From an uncultured Gemmatimonadaceae bacterium (GTDB lineage: Bacteria; Gemmatimonadota; Gemmatimonadetes; Gemmatimonadales; Gemmatimonadaceae), in contig CAVVTZ010000012.1 of the NCBI GenBank assembly GCA_963751275.1, forward strand, positions 1 to 64,000: a stretch of 64,000 nt of DNA. The letters are read 5' to 3'. Shown here piece by piece: positions 33,006-43,999 of the stretch (position 1 is its first letter; each line of letters opens with the position of its first letter). The translations under genes were made by a program, and so were the position numbers. Below the pieces are notes generated by a model. It was not told where the DNA came from and did not search any database. It saw only the letters and a program-made list of their open reading frames with translations.

Positions 33006-33439
33006 TCGACGAGTTCACGGGCTACCTGCGCGCGCACAATCTGCCCGTGACGCCGCAGCGCGTGGCCGTCGCCGAGGTGCTGCTCCTCCGCGACCGCCAC
33101 TTCAGCGCGGACGAGATCGCGCGGGAGCTCGCGCGCGACGGCGTGAAGATCGGCACGGCCACGATCTACCGCACGATCGAGGTGCTGGTGAAGAGCGGCC
33201 TCGTCGTGGAGCGCGACTTCGGCGAGGGCTTCCGCCGCTTCGAGAGCGCGCGCGACATGCCCCAGCACGAGCACGTCCTCTGCACGGTGTGCGGCCGCGT
33301 CGTGGAGTTCCAGGATGAGCGCCTCGACCGCATGACCACGCTCATCGCCGAGTCGAAAGGCTACGCGCGCCAGCGCCACCGCCTCGTGATCTACGGCGTG
33401 TGCGAGCCCTGCCGCTCGGGCCGCGCGGGGCGCACATGA
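32987..33439 (+). CDS. fur: Fur-family transcriptional regulator
   Basis: TPQR, HFSADE, ATIYRT, HEHVLCTVCG, YGVCEPC. Confidence 0.9.
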   Translation: MDRRGLIDEFTGYLRAHNLPVTPQRVAVAEVLLLRDRHFSADEIARELARDGVKIGTATIYRTIEVLVKSGLVVERDFGEGFRRFESARDMPQHEHVLCTVCGRVVEFQDERLDRMTTLIAESKGYARQRHRLVIYGVCEPCRSGRAGRT

Positions 33440-34165
33440 GCGGCGCGTCCACCTTCGGCGTCTTCGTGGCGTTCAGCGCCGGCGTGCTGAGCTTCCTCTC
33501 GCCGTGCGTGCTCCCGCTCATCCCGAGCTACATCACATTCATCACCGGCATGAGCCTCGACGAAGTGCAGCAGCACCGCCGCACCGCGGTCATCCACTCG
33601 CTGCTCTTCATCACGGGATTCACGATCATCTTCCTCCTGCTCGGCGCGTCGGCCAGCGCACTCGGCCAGGTCGCCTTCCAGGCGCGCAACTGGGTCGCGC
33701 GCGTGGGCGGCGTGCTGATCATCATCTTCGGTCTCTACCTGCTCGGCGTGTTCGACATCACGCTCTTCAGCCGCGAACGCCGCCTGCACCTCGCGAGCAA
33801 GCCGGTGGGCCTGCTCGGCACCGTGCTCGTGGGCATGGCCTTCGGCGCCGGCTGGACGCCCTGCATCGGTCCCGATCCTTGGCGCGATCCTCACGTACAC
33901 CGCGAGCACCGCGAGCCTGTCGAAGGGACTCGGCCTACTCTTCGCCTACTCGATGGGACTCGCCGTCCCCTTCCTGGTCGCCGCCGTCGCCGTGGACCAG
34001 TTCATCGACTGGTTCGCGCGGTACAAGGGCATGATGATCTGGGCGAACCGCATCGGCGGCGTGATCCTCATCGTGATCGGCGCGCTGCTGGTGACCAATT
34101 ATTTCACGGTGCTGGCGAGCTACCTGCAGGCGCTCACCCCTGATTGGCTGCGGACGCGCATCTAA
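33436..34165 (+). CDS. ccdA: Cytochrome c biogenesis protein CcdA; indel near 33872
   Basis: SFLSPCVLPLIP, GWTPCIGP, YSMGLAVPF. Confidence 0.92.
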
Positions 34166-34167
34166 CT

Positions 34168-34258
34168 GCAGGCGTTGGTCGAAAGGCAGTCGTTGGTCGT
34201 ACGCGTTTAGAACCGCTAAACGCGTACGACTAACGACTGCCCTTCGACCAACGCCTGC
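34168..34258. repeat. Palindrome (43-nt arms, 5-nt loop, 2 mismatches) filling the ccdA/ggt convergent gap
   Basis: GCAGGCGTTGGTCGAAAGGCAGTCGTTGGTCG.../...CGACTAACGACTGCCCTTCGACCAACGCCTGC. Confidence 0.92.
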
Positions 34259-35992
34259 CTAATACCCCACCGCCCCTCCACTCGTCCTCCGGTCCACCAC
34301 GCCCACCCATCCCTCCTTCGTTCGTCCGATCGCGAACACTCGTCCGATGAACGGGTCGCCGCCGAAGTCGGCGACGAGCACGCGGTGCCCCATCGCCGTG
34401 AGCGAATCGACCACCGGCTGCGTCAGCGCGCCCGCCTCGTACCGGATGGTGTCCGGCCGCGCCTGTTCGTGGATCCGAGGCGCGTTCACCGCGTCCACCA
34501 GCGGCAGGCCGTAGTCGATCACCCCGATCAGCACCTGCAGCACCGACGTGATGATGCGCGGCCCGCCGCGCGCGCCGAGGATCAGCGTCACCCGGTTCGC
34601 CGAATCGAGCACGATGGTCGGTGCCATCGCGCTCAGCATCCGCTTGTGCGGCGCGATCGCGTTCCGCTCGCCCTGCACCAATCCGTACATGTTCGCTTCG
34701 CCCGGCCGCGCCGTGAAATCATCCATCTCGTCGTTCAGGAAGAACCCCGCGGCGGCGACGTACACGCCCGATCCGTACAGATCGTTGAGCGTGGTCGTGG
34801 TAGCGACCGCGTTCCCCTTCGCGTCCACGACGGAGTAGTGCGTCGTGTTGACGCCCTCGGGAGCGCGTCCCGCGCCGGCCGGCGACTGCCGCTCGGCATC
34901 GGCCGTGGGCGTCGCGCTGTCCTTGGAGATCGCCGCGGCGAGGCTCCGTCCGTACGCCTTGCTCACCAGCTGCGCGATCGGCAACGGCGCGAAATCCGGA
35001 TCGCCGAGCAGCGCGTTGCGGTCCACGAACGCGCGCCGCAGCGACTCGGCCAGCAAATGGGTCTCCATCGTGCCGCGCACGGGCGGCAGCGGGCCGAACG
35101 TCTCCAGGATGTTCAACGCCTCGATCGTGGTCACGCCGCCGGAGGAGGGCGGCGGCATCGAGATGAGGGTGTACCCGCGATACGTGCCGACGATCGGATC
35201 GCGCCATGCCGGGTGGTACCCTTTGAGATCGGCGAGCGTGATGATGCCGCCGTCCCTCTTCTGTTCATCGGCGATCGCCTTCGCGACCTCGCCGTCGTAG
35301 AAACCGCGCGCGCCGTGCGCCGCGATCGCCTTGAGCGTGCGCGCCAGCGCGGGCTGCACGAGTCTCCGGCCCGCCACGAGCGGCTTGCCGCCGGGCATCA
35401 GCAGCTTCGCGCCGTCGTACCGGGAGATGAGCCCCCCCAAGTGTTCGATCGAGTTCGCGAACGCCGTGTCCACGACGAAGCCCTTCTCGGCGAGCCGGAT
35501 CGCCGGCGCCATCACGCGCGCGAGCGGCAATCGCCCGAACTCCGCGTGCGCCGTCGTGAGGCCCGCGACCGAGCCCGGCACCCCGGATGCGCGCGGCCCG
35601 ATGATGCTCGCCTTGTTCGCGCCGCTCGCGCTGTCCATGTACATCTCGCGCGTCGCGGCGCTCGGCGCCATCTCGCGGTAGTCGAGCGCCGCGGTGCGGC
35701 CGTCGGCCATGCGGATCACCATGAATCCGCCGCCGCCAATGTTGCCAGCCTCGGGATAGGTGACCGCGAGGGCGAATCCCACCGCCACCGCCGCATCGAC
35801 CGCATTCCCGCCCGCCTTCAGGATCTCGACGCCCGCGGCCGAGGCGAACTCGCTATTGGACGCGATCATCGCGTGCACGCCGCCCACGGCCTCGCCCGCG
35901 GTGGCGCGCGGCCCCGGCGCCTGCGCGGCCGCGGTCGAGATCACGAGTGCAACAGCGACGGATCCGATGATTGTGCGAAGCAATGAACGCAT
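34259..35992 (-). CDS. ggt: Gamma-glutamyltransferase
   Basis: GGNAVDAA, GNIGGGGF, NTTHYSVVD (Thr nucleophile), LNDEMDDF, LSAMAP. Confidence 0.95.
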   Translation of the reverse strand: MRSLLRTIIGSVAVALVISTAAAQAPGPRATAGEAVGGVHAMIASNSEFASAAGVEILKAGGNAVDAAVAVGFALAVTYPEAGNIGGGGFMVIRMADGRTAALDYREMAPSAATREMYMDSASGANKASIIGPRASGVPGSVAGLTTAHAEFGRLPLARVMAPAIRLAEKGFVVDTAFANSIEHLGGLISRYDGAKLLMPGGKPLVAGRRLVQPALARTLKAIAAHGARGFYDGEVAKAIADEQKRDGGIITLADLKGYHPAWRDPIVGTYRGYTLISMPPPSSGGVTTIEALNILETFGPLPPVRGTMETHLLAESLRRAFVDRNALLGDPDFAPLPIAQLVSKAYGRSLAAAISKDSATPTADAERQSPAGAGRAPEGVNTTHYSVVDAKGNAVATTTTLNDLYGSGVYVAAAGFFLNDEMDDFTARPGEANMYGLVQGERNAIAPHKRMLSAMAPTIVLDSANRVTLILGARGGPRIITSVLQVLIGVIDYGLPLVDAVNAPRIHEQARPDTIRYEAGALTQPVVDSLTAMGHRVLVADFGGDPFIGRVFAIGRTKEGWVGVVDRRTSGGAVGY

Positions 35993-36099
35993 TCGGCATC
36001 TCCCGGTTCTCTTGCGACGACCGCGCGACGACGGGTAACTTAGCCCGCGTGCCGGGGCGTTGCCACGCGCCGCGCGCTCTCCTCTTTTGACGAGCCGAC

Positions 36100-37029
36100 T
36101 TGCCTCCGTCGCCCGAAGATCCCCGCCTCACCGAGCGCCGCAATCCGCGCACCACGCGCATCGATCTCGCGGCGCCCTCGGAGATCGTGGACCTCATGCT
36201 CGCCGAGGACCGCACCGTCGCCGACGCGGTCGCTTCCCAGAAGACGCAGATCGCGCGCGCGATCGAACTCGCCGAGGCGTCCTTCCGCGCCGGCGGGCGC
36301 CTGATCTACGTGGGCGCCGGCACCTCGGGCCGGCTCGGCGTGCTCGACGCGAGCGAGTGCCCGCCCACCTTCGGCACCGGTCCAACGATGGTGATCGGCG
36401 TGATCGCGGGCGGCCTCGACGCGCTCACGCACTCGCAGGAAGGCGCCGAGGACGTCGCCGCCGACGGCGCGGCGGCGATGAGCAAGCTCCAAGTGAGCGC
36501 CAAGGATCTGGTCGTGGGCATCGCCGCCTCGGGCGCCACGCCCTACGTGCGCGGCGCACTCGAGCGCGCAATGGAACTCGGCGCGCACACCGCGATCCTC
36601 GCGTGCTCCGCACCGCCGGCCGATCTCGCGAAGAAGGTGACCGTCGCGATCGTTCCGCTCACCGGGCCCGAGGTCATCACCGGTTCCACGCGCCTCAAGG
36701 CCGGCACCGCCACCAAGATGGTGCTCAACATGATCTCCACCGGCGCGCTCGTGCGCATCGGAAAGACCTATGAGAATCTCATGGTCGATCTGCGCCCGAT
36801 GAGCGCCAAGCTCGTGGACCGCGGGGAGCGCATCGTGATGGAGTTGTGCGGCGTGGACCGCGCCGCGGCGAAGCAGGTGATCGCGGCCGCCGGCGGCAGC
36901 GTGAAGACGGCGATCGTGATGCAGAAGCTCTCGCTCTCGCGCGCCGCTGCCGAGGAGAAGCTGCGCGCCGCCGGCGGCGTCATCCGCCGCGCGATGGAAT
37001 CCGCGCCCCCGCCATCCAAGCGCGGGTGA
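36100..37029 (+). CDS. murQ: N-acetylmuramic acid 6-phosphate etherase
   Basis: TERRN, GAGTSGRLGVLDASECPPTF, GSTRLKAGTA, NLMVD. Confidence 0.95.
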   Translation: MPPSPEDPRLTERRNPRTTRIDLAAPSEIVDLMLAEDRTVADAVASQKTQIARAIELAEASFRAGGRLIYVGAGTSGRLGVLDASECPPTFGTGPTMVIGVIAGGLDALTHSQEGAEDVAADGAAAMSKLQVSAKDLVVGIAASGATPYVRGALERAMELGAHTAILACSAPPADLAKKVTVAIVPLTGPEVITGSTRLKAGTATKMVLNMISTGALVRIGKTYENLMVDLRPMSAKLVDRGERIVMELCGVDRAAAKQVIAAAGGSVKTAIVMQKLSLSRAAAEEKLRAAGGVIRRAMESAPPPSKRG

Positions 37030-38165
37030 CGCCCGGCGACTCGGTCATCATCGGCTTGATGTCCGGCACCTCGGCGGACGGCATCACCGCGGCCGCCGTG
37101 CGCTTCATCGACAGCGGCACCCCCGCTCCTGATCTCGAGCTGCTCGCGAGCGTCACGCGCGAATATTCCGCAGCGCAGCGGGGCCGCCTCCTGCGCGCCG
37201 GCCTCGAGCAGCCTCCCGAGGCGATCACGCGGCTCGATTTCGAACTCGGCGAATGGCTCGCCGACGCCGCGCGCGCCGCGATCACCGCCGCACGGCTGCG
37301 TCCCGGCGACGTGCGCGCCATCGCCTCCCACGGTCACACCGTGTGGCACGCCGGCGCGCACGGCACCTGGCAGATCGGTCAGGCCGCGGTGATCGCCGAG
37401 CGCACGGGACTCGACGTGATCAGCGATTTCCGCGTGCGCGACGCCGCCGCGGGCGGGCAGGGCGCGCCGCTCGTCGCGATCGCGGATGCGCTGCTCTTCG
37501 CCTCGCCCGATCACGCGCGCGCGCTCCAGAACCTCGGCGGCATCGCGAACGTGAGCGTCGTGCCGCCGCGCGGGAGCGCCGAGCCGGTGCTCGCTTTCGA
37601 CACGGGACCCGGCTGCGGCGTGATCGACGGCGTCGTGCGCCGCCTCGTGCCGTCGCTCACCTTCGACGTGGACGGCGCCCTCGCCGCGCGCGGCACGGTC
37701 ATTCCGGCGCCGGTGGATGCCGCACTCGCCGATCCCTACTTCGCCGCGCCCCCGCCGAAGTCCACCGGCCGCGAGAAGTTCAGCGTCGAGTACATCGCGA
37801 ATGTCATCGCGCGCTGCCAGGCGGCCGATCGCAACGCCCGCCCGGAGGACATTGTCGCGAGCGCGGTGTCGCTCACGGCGCGCAGCATTGCACTCGCGTA
37901 CCAGCGTTTCGTTCCGCCCGCGCTCGCCGACGTCCTGCTCTCCGGCGGCGGCGCGAGGAACCCCACGCTCGTGCGCGCCATTCGCGAAGCGCTCGCCCCG
38001 CGCACCGTGCGCCTGTTCAGCGAGGAATTCTTCGACGACGATGCGAAGGAGGCCGTCGCCTTCGCGTTCTTGGGATGGCTGCATCTCGGGGGACGCCCGG
38101 GGAATGTGCCCTCAGCGACCGGAGCGACCGGTCCGCGTGTTCTGGGGAAGTTCACGCCGCGGTGA
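37026..38165 (+). CDS. anmK: Anhydro-N-acetylmuramic acid kinase
   Basis: GLMSGTSADG, DFRVRDAAAGGQGAPL, NLGGIAN, FDTGPG, PKSTGRE. Confidence 0.95.
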   Translation: MTPGDSVIIGLMSGTSADGITAAAVRFIDSGTPAPDLELLASVTREYSAAQRGRLLRAGLEQPPEAITRLDFELGEWLADAARAAITAARLRPGDVRAIASHGHTVWHAGAHGTWQIGQAAVIAERTGLDVISDFRVRDAAAGGQGAPLVAIADALLFASPDHARALQNLGGIANVSVVPPRGSAEPVLAFDTGPGCGVIDGVVRRLVPSLTFDVDGALAARGTVIPAPVDAALADPYFAAPPPKSTGREKFSVEYIANVIARCQAADRNARPEDIVASAVSLTARSIALAYQRFVPPALADVLLSGGGARNPTLVRAIREALAPRTVRLFSEEFFDDDAKEAVAFAFLGWLHLGGRPGNVPSATGATGPRVLGKFTPR

Positions 38166-38319
38166 AGGGCTCCAACAACACTGCTTTGACAGGATGACAG
38201 GATTTTCAGGATGCACGGGATGACTGCCCTGCGCCTCACGCGCAGGGCAGTCATCCCGTGCATCCTGAAAATCCTGTCGTCCTGTCAAAGCAGTGTTGTT
38301 GGGGCCCTTCACCGCGGCG
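38155..38319. repeat. Palindrome (80-nt arms, 5-nt loop, 2 mismatches) containing both convergent stop codons
   Basis: Arms contain CTGCTTTGACAGGATGACAGGAT; both arms begin CGCCGCGGTGA. Confidence 0.95.
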
Positions 38320-39743
38320 CGATGAGCCCCGCGATCCTATCCGCCGGCACCGCGTACACGATACGCCCCGCCGCTTCGCGCGCGCCGCCGTACACGACGC
38401 CGATCACGCGGCCATCCGGGGCGAACACGGGACTCCCGCTCGAACCCTCGCCCGCGTACGCATCCACCTGCAGCACGTCGTCCAGGTGCTTGCTCACGGT
38501 GCCCGCCACGAGCGTGGAGCGCGCGATGATCTTCGTGCCGCTCCCTTCCATTGGCGTCTCGGTGCCCAGCGGATAGCCGATGATGGCCACCTGCGCGCCC
38601 ACGGGAATGTCCGCGGTGCTGTGCGCGATGCCGCCGACCACCGGATACGTTCCCGGCGCGTCGATCTGCAGCAGCGCGAGGTCCGCGTCGGTGCTCGAAC
38701 GCACCACGTGCGCGGGGAGCCATGTCTTCGTGTCGCTGAAGATGAGCAGCACCTGCCGCGGCGTGTGGCCGTTGCTGTCGCTCACCAGGTGCCGGTTGGT
38801 GATGACGTAGCCCGCGGCATTCACGCCGAAGCCGGTGCCGCTGAAGCTGTGCCCATCGGGCCACTGCACCGCCACGAGCGCCACCGCCGGCCCGCTCTGC
38901 TGGGCGATCGCGGGATAGCTGATCGCCGCCGAGAGGATGTCGTGGCGCTTCGTCTCGCTGCGCGACAGCTGGCTCGCGATCGCCTTCGCATCCGAGCCGC
39001 GACCGGCGAGCTTCAGCGCGGATTGCAAGCGGTCGATCTCCAGGCGCGACGCGCTGAGCGCCGAATCGATCCCCGCCATCTGGCTGCTCATCGTGAGCAC
39101 GCGGTCGGCGAGTACGTTCTGCAGGCTGTCGTTCTCGGCGCGCTTGGCGGCGAGCTCCGCGTCCAGGCGGTCGGCCTCCCGGCGTCCCACCCAATACGCG
39201 GCGATGAGCGCGATCACCACGAGCGCGAGCGCGCCCATCGCCCACCGCCGCAGTTGGCGCGTGTGCGCGCGCACGGCCACCGCGATCCGCTCCGTGGTAG
39301 AGCCCGCGGCGCTCTTGGGCGCACCCGCCCCCACCGGCCCCGTCTTCTCGAGCCGGAGCCCGCGCAGCGCCGGGCTCGTCGAACCGAGCGCCTGCTTCGG
39401 GAACTCCGTGGTGTCGCGCACCATGTAGGGCGGCGCCAGCAGCCGCACCGCCACCTGCGGACCGTGCGCGCCGAAGGTCAGCACGTCGCCGTCGCGCAGC
39501 ACCCAGTTCCCCGGGATGCGCGCGCCGTTCACGAAGGTGCCGTTCGTGCTCTGCGTGTCGCGCAGCACGTACTCGGCGTTGACGACCTCGATCTCGGCGT
39601 GGCGCGCCGAGACGTCGAGGTCGAGCTGGGCATCGAAGCGGAAATCGCAGAGCGGGTTGCGGCCCAGCGGGATCGAGCGACTTCGCGAACTGCTCGCGCT
39701 GGCCGGCGCGCGCGCCGCGCAGCACCCGCAGCTCGAGCGTCAC
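38309..39743 (-). CDS. FHA-domain membrane-anchored trypsin-like serine protease; indel near 39680
   Basis: FHA (VSARHA, STNGT), TM helix, coiled coil; GTGF, TNRH, DLALL, GSSGSP. Confidence 0.88.
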
Positions 39744-40970
39744 GGCGTCTTCGTGCGCGCCGCGGTGTCGGTGGTGTCCCCGGCTGGCGGCGCGGTCACC
39801 GGCGCCGCGGCCGCGTGCGGTCCCGTGCCGCGCAGCTGCCGCGCGAGCAGGAACAATCCGAGCAGCGCCAGTGTCGCGGCGAGCGCCGTGATCACCGCGC
39901 GCCGCGTGTCCATCGCGCCACTCGACGTCTGGATCGGACGCTCCGCCGTCACGCTCTGCGCGGCGTTGGTCGCCGAGTTCGGCAGCGGCGCCGGCGACGC
40001 GCGGCGGAACGTGGGCGCCGTGGGCGCCTCTTCGCGCGGTATGCCGCCCTGCGGGGTGGCTCCCGGCAGCGCGTACACCGCGTGCCCGACTTTGTCCGAG
40101 GAGCCCGATGCCTGCAGCCCGGATCCTTCCACCTTCGCGACGATCGCCGGTGATGTTGTCCGGGCCGCCATTCTCGTTCGCGCGGTCGATCAACTGGCGG
40201 CACGCCTCCACGAGATCCTCCGTGCCGGTCACGACCTCCGCGATCTCCTCCTTCTTCACCAGCCCCGAGAGGCCGTCGGTGCACAGCACGATGATGTCGC
40301 CCTGGCGCAGCTGCTGGTGCGTGAGGTCGATGCGCACGGTGGGCTCGGGACCGAGCGCCTGCAGGATGATGTTCCGGCGCTCGCTGCGCTCGGCTTCCTC
40401 CTGCGTCAGCTCCCCGGCTTCCACCAGCCGCTGCATGAGCGACTGGTCCTTCGTGATCTGCATCGCCTCGCCATTGCGGATGACGTACGCGCGGCTGTCG
40501 CCCACCTGCGCGAGGTACAGCGTGTCGCCGAGCAGCCCGGCAACGGTGGCCGTCGTACCAAGGCCGCGGTGCTCGGGGTGCTCCAGCGCATACGCGAAGA
40601 TCTTGGAGTTCGCCGCCTCGGTGGCCGCCTTGAGCGCGCTCGCGAACGTCTGCGCGTCCTTCTTCTCGCCGTGCATCCAGCGGTCGCGCATCTCCTCGTA
40701 CACGGTGTTGATCGCGAGGTCGCTCGCGATCTCGCCGGCCGCCGCGCCGCCCAGCCCATCGGCGACCATGAAGAGCGTGCCGCGCCCGCCCACGTGGTGC
40801 GTGCGCACCTCCGGCTGCAGCGAGGCGTTCTCGGACGAGAGGTCGGCAACGAGGAAGGAATCCTCGTTGTGGTCGCGCACGCGCCCGACATCGGTGCGGC
40901 CGAAGACGTGTACGATCACGTCCATCGGCGCCCCCTCGGACGCGCGGCCGGGATTAGAAGGCTCGCTCAC
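39740..40970 (-). CDS. PP2C/Stp1 Ser/Thr phosphatase with C-terminal TM; indel near 40150
   Basis: TDVGRVRDHNEDS, VADGLGG, GDSRAY, LCTDGL, GGPDNIT. Confidence 0.92.
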
Positions 40971-40995
40971 GCCAACAACCTACGCAAAAGTGCGC

Positions 40996-42755
40996 TCACT
41001 TGCACGTCAGATCGTACAGGGACGAGATCCCGCTGGCATCGGGGTGCCGTTTGTCCTTCCGGATGCGATCGAGGATGTCGCAGGCGCGCGTCTTCGCGGC
41101 GGAGTCGTCGCGCTTGTCGGCGCGCTGCAGCAATGCCTCGCTCATGTGATACCAGGCGGTGACGCTGTCCTGCTTCGTGGCGAGATACGGCATGGCCTTC
41201 CGCAGGAGCGCCATCGCCATGTCGGGGTGCTCGTTCACGATCATCTGCGCAGCGCGCTGCACCTCGGCGTTCGCGCGCACCGCGTCGTTCCCGCCCGATC
41301 CCGGCACCCAGTTGTTCGCCGTGGTGTCCGCCGGCGCCGGCGGCGAGGTGGGAGGCGCAGCGGGCGGCGCACTGGTCGGCGCACTGGGCGGGCTCGGGCG
41401 CGCCAATGGTGCGGGCGGGCGAACCGCGACGCGAACCGTCTCGACCTTCACTGGCGGGACCGCCGTCTTGGTGTCCGCCAGCGGCGGCGTCGTGTCGCGA
41501 TGCGCCGTGCTGTCCATCGCTTTCTGGAAATTCTCCGTCGGGGTTCCCGTGCCCGTCAGCGCCGCCTTCTGTCCGCCGCGCGTGATGACCGCGCCCCAAT
41601 GACCACCGCCGCAACCACCGGGCCTCCGATCAGCAGCCCCAGGATCTTGGCCCTTGACTGCGTCACCGCCGTCGAGGGCCGCGTCGCCGGCGCCAATGCG
41701 CGGGTCGCTCCCGCCAATGGCCGCGTCTCGCCGGTCCCGACGCGCGTCGCGGGCACCGCGCCGATCACCTTCGTCGCGCCGTCCACATCGCCTTCGATCG
41801 GCGCCATGCCCTCCACCGCTCCCGCGAACGCCGCCGCGAACTCGCCCGAACTCGCCGGCCGCCCCGACGACTCGCGATTCAGCCCGCGCTCCATCACCGC
41901 CTCGAGCGCCGGCGGCCACGCCACCCCCGGCCGCGTCTCCGCCAGCGTGCGCGGGCGGTCGGTGAGCCGCCGGATCATCGTCTCCTGCGCCGAGCCCTCG
42001 GCGTACGGCAGCTTGCCGGTGAGGATGTGGAAGGCGACGAGCGCCAGCGCGAACGTATCGCTGCGCGCATCCACGGCGTCGCCCGCGAGCTGCTCGGGCG
42101 ACATGTATTCCGGCGTGCCCACCACGAGCCCCGTCTTCGTCACCTTCTGTCCCGTGCCGTGCGCCGACTTCGCGATCCCGAAATCGACGACCTTCACCAG
42201 ATCGGTGCCGTCGCGGTTGCGGGCGATCATGATGTTGTCGGGCTTGAGATCGCGGTGGATGATCCCGCGCTCGTGCGCCGCGTCCAGCGCGCTGGCCGTC
42301 TGCTTGATGATCAATGCCGCGCGCGCCGGCGGGAGTGTGCCGCTCTGCTCGACGATCGACGTGAGCGGCGATCCTTCGACGTACTCCATCGCGAGATAGA
42401 TCAGCCCGTCGCTCGTCTCGCCGAAGTCATAGATCGCCGCGACGTTCGGATGCGTGATCCGGCTCGCGTTCGCGGCCTCGCGGTTGAAGCGGCTGATCGC
42501 GTCGGCATCCTGCATCATGCCGGGCGTCATCACCTTGATCGCGCTCGGCCGCCCCATCTTCACGTGCTCGGCGAGGAAGACCTGCCCCATCCCGCCCTCG
42601 CCGAGCTTCTTGATGATGTGATAGCGGTCGGCGATCACCGCGCCGATGAGCGCGGCGCCCGGCGGCACGCGCAGCGTCGTGCCGTCCTTCGGGCAGAACT
42701 TGATCTCGGCGTCGTATTCTGAGCCGCACTGCGGACAGATCCGCACTGCGCTCAA
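40996..42755 (-). CDS. Membrane Ser/Thr kinase with N-terminal zinc ribbon and external helical domain; indel near 41600
   Basis: CPQC..CPKDG, GEGGMG, HRDLKPDN, DFGIA, GTPEYMSPEQ. Confidence 0.92.
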
Positions 42756-43858
42756 ATGCGCTCCACGCGCATCACCTGATCGCCGGCGAGCAGCCGCGCC
42801 CCGGGGCGGAGGAGACGCTCGCCGCGCGCTGCGACCGCCACGCCGTTGCGGCTGCCGAGGTCCTCGATGGTGAACGCGCCGTCGGCCGCGCGGATCTCCG
42901 CGTGGCGCGCGCTCATCGTCTGGTCGTGCGCGAAGGTCCAGTCGCCCGTGTCGCGGCCGAGCGTGACCGTACCGCGGTCGGCGAGGTGGTACACGTTGCG
43001 CACCGATCCGTCGGAACGCAGCTGGAGCAGCTGGCCGGCCTCGCCGGCCGGGACGAGCGATCCAATGCGCCGCGTGCCCTGCGCGTCGGTGCCGGCGTCG
43101 CCGCGCGCCGGGGCGCGGCGGAACTGGATGAGCTGCGAGCCGATGAGCAGCACGTCCTCGTCCTGCAGCGCGTAAGGCTCGTCGATGAAGAGCCACGTGT
43201 GATTCGCGGAATCCAGATCGCGCACGTAGAGCGCGCCGTCGCGCAGGCTGAACTCGGCGTGGCGCGGAGAGAGATACTCGTCGCCGGGGAAGGCAATGTC
43301 GCACTCGCCGCGGCCCACCGTCATCGTCGCACGGTCGAGCTCCACGACCTGTTTCGGTTCACCGGCTTCGTCGAGCACCAGCAGGCGCGCCGTGATGTCG
43401 CGCCGCTTCGCCGAGAAGACGAGCGTCTTCTTGGGCGTGCCGGGCTTCTTCTCGGGCTGCGCCACCGGCGTGCCGCACGACGCGCAGAATGCGTCGAACT
43501 CGGGGCGGATCGTGTTGCCGCAGGTGGGGCAGGCGGCCGCGGGCGTGAGCGTGGCATCCGTGCGGCGGCCGCAGTGCGGGCAGAAGGGCAGCCCGCTCTC
43601 GATCACATTCGAGCACCAGCCGCAGGTGATCACGGCGCCGGGCGCGTTGTGACGGGTCGGGTTGACGATCGAGATCGCGGGCTGCGCGCCGGTCTGCCGG
43701 CGGACGCTCGGACTCGGACGGCGGTGCGCGGGGATGCGCGGACCGCGCTCGGCCGAAACAGCGCTTGGCGCCGGTGCGTTGGCGAGCGGCTTGCCGCAGT
43801 CGACGCAGAAGCGCGCGTCGTATGCGTTCGTCTGGCCACAGAAACCACAGGGATTCAA
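42752..43858 (-). CDS. Zinc-ribbon plus tandem FHA-domain protein
   Basis: Six CxxC pairs; FHA1 GR..LSPRHA..DLDSAN, FHA2 GR..MSARHA..DLGSRNG. Confidence 0.88.
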   Translation of the reverse strand: MNPCGFCGQTNAYDARFCVDCGKPLANAPAPSAVSAERGPRIPAHRRPSPSVRRQTGAQPAISIVNPTRHNAPGAVITCGWCSNVIESGLPFCPHCGRRTDATLTPAAACPTCGNTIRPEFDAFCASCGTPVAQPEKKPGTPKKTLVFSAKRRDITARLLVLDEAGEPKQVVELDRATMTVGRGECDIAFPGDEYLSPRHAEFSLRDGALYVRDLDSANHTWLFIDEPYALQDEDVLLIGSQLIQFRRAPARGDAGTDAQGTRRIGSLVPAGEAGQLLQLRSDGSVRNVYHLADRGTVTLGRDTGDWTFAHDQTMSARHAEIRAADGAFTIEDLGSRNGVAVAARGERLLRPGARLLAGDQVMRVERI

Positions 43859-43999
43859 GCGGATGCCTCGAGGGGTGACCGAATAAGACGCCTAAGGATG
43901 CGGCGAGGTCAACAGTATCGTCAACCAACCGTAAGACGGAAAATGACTTATATCACATCCGCCTCCCCCGCGGTCATGCCCGGTGCTAGTTTCCCCGCC

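Noticed and set aside
38112..38312. Small ORFs (e.g. MKGPNNTALTG..., HPENPVILSK) over the palindrome
   Set aside because: They are translations of the repeat arms and overlap real gene ends
38309..43858. Type VI secretion regulatory locus (Fha/PpkA/PppA)
   Set aside because: No T6SS structural genes (hcp, vgrG, tssBC, clpV) in the window
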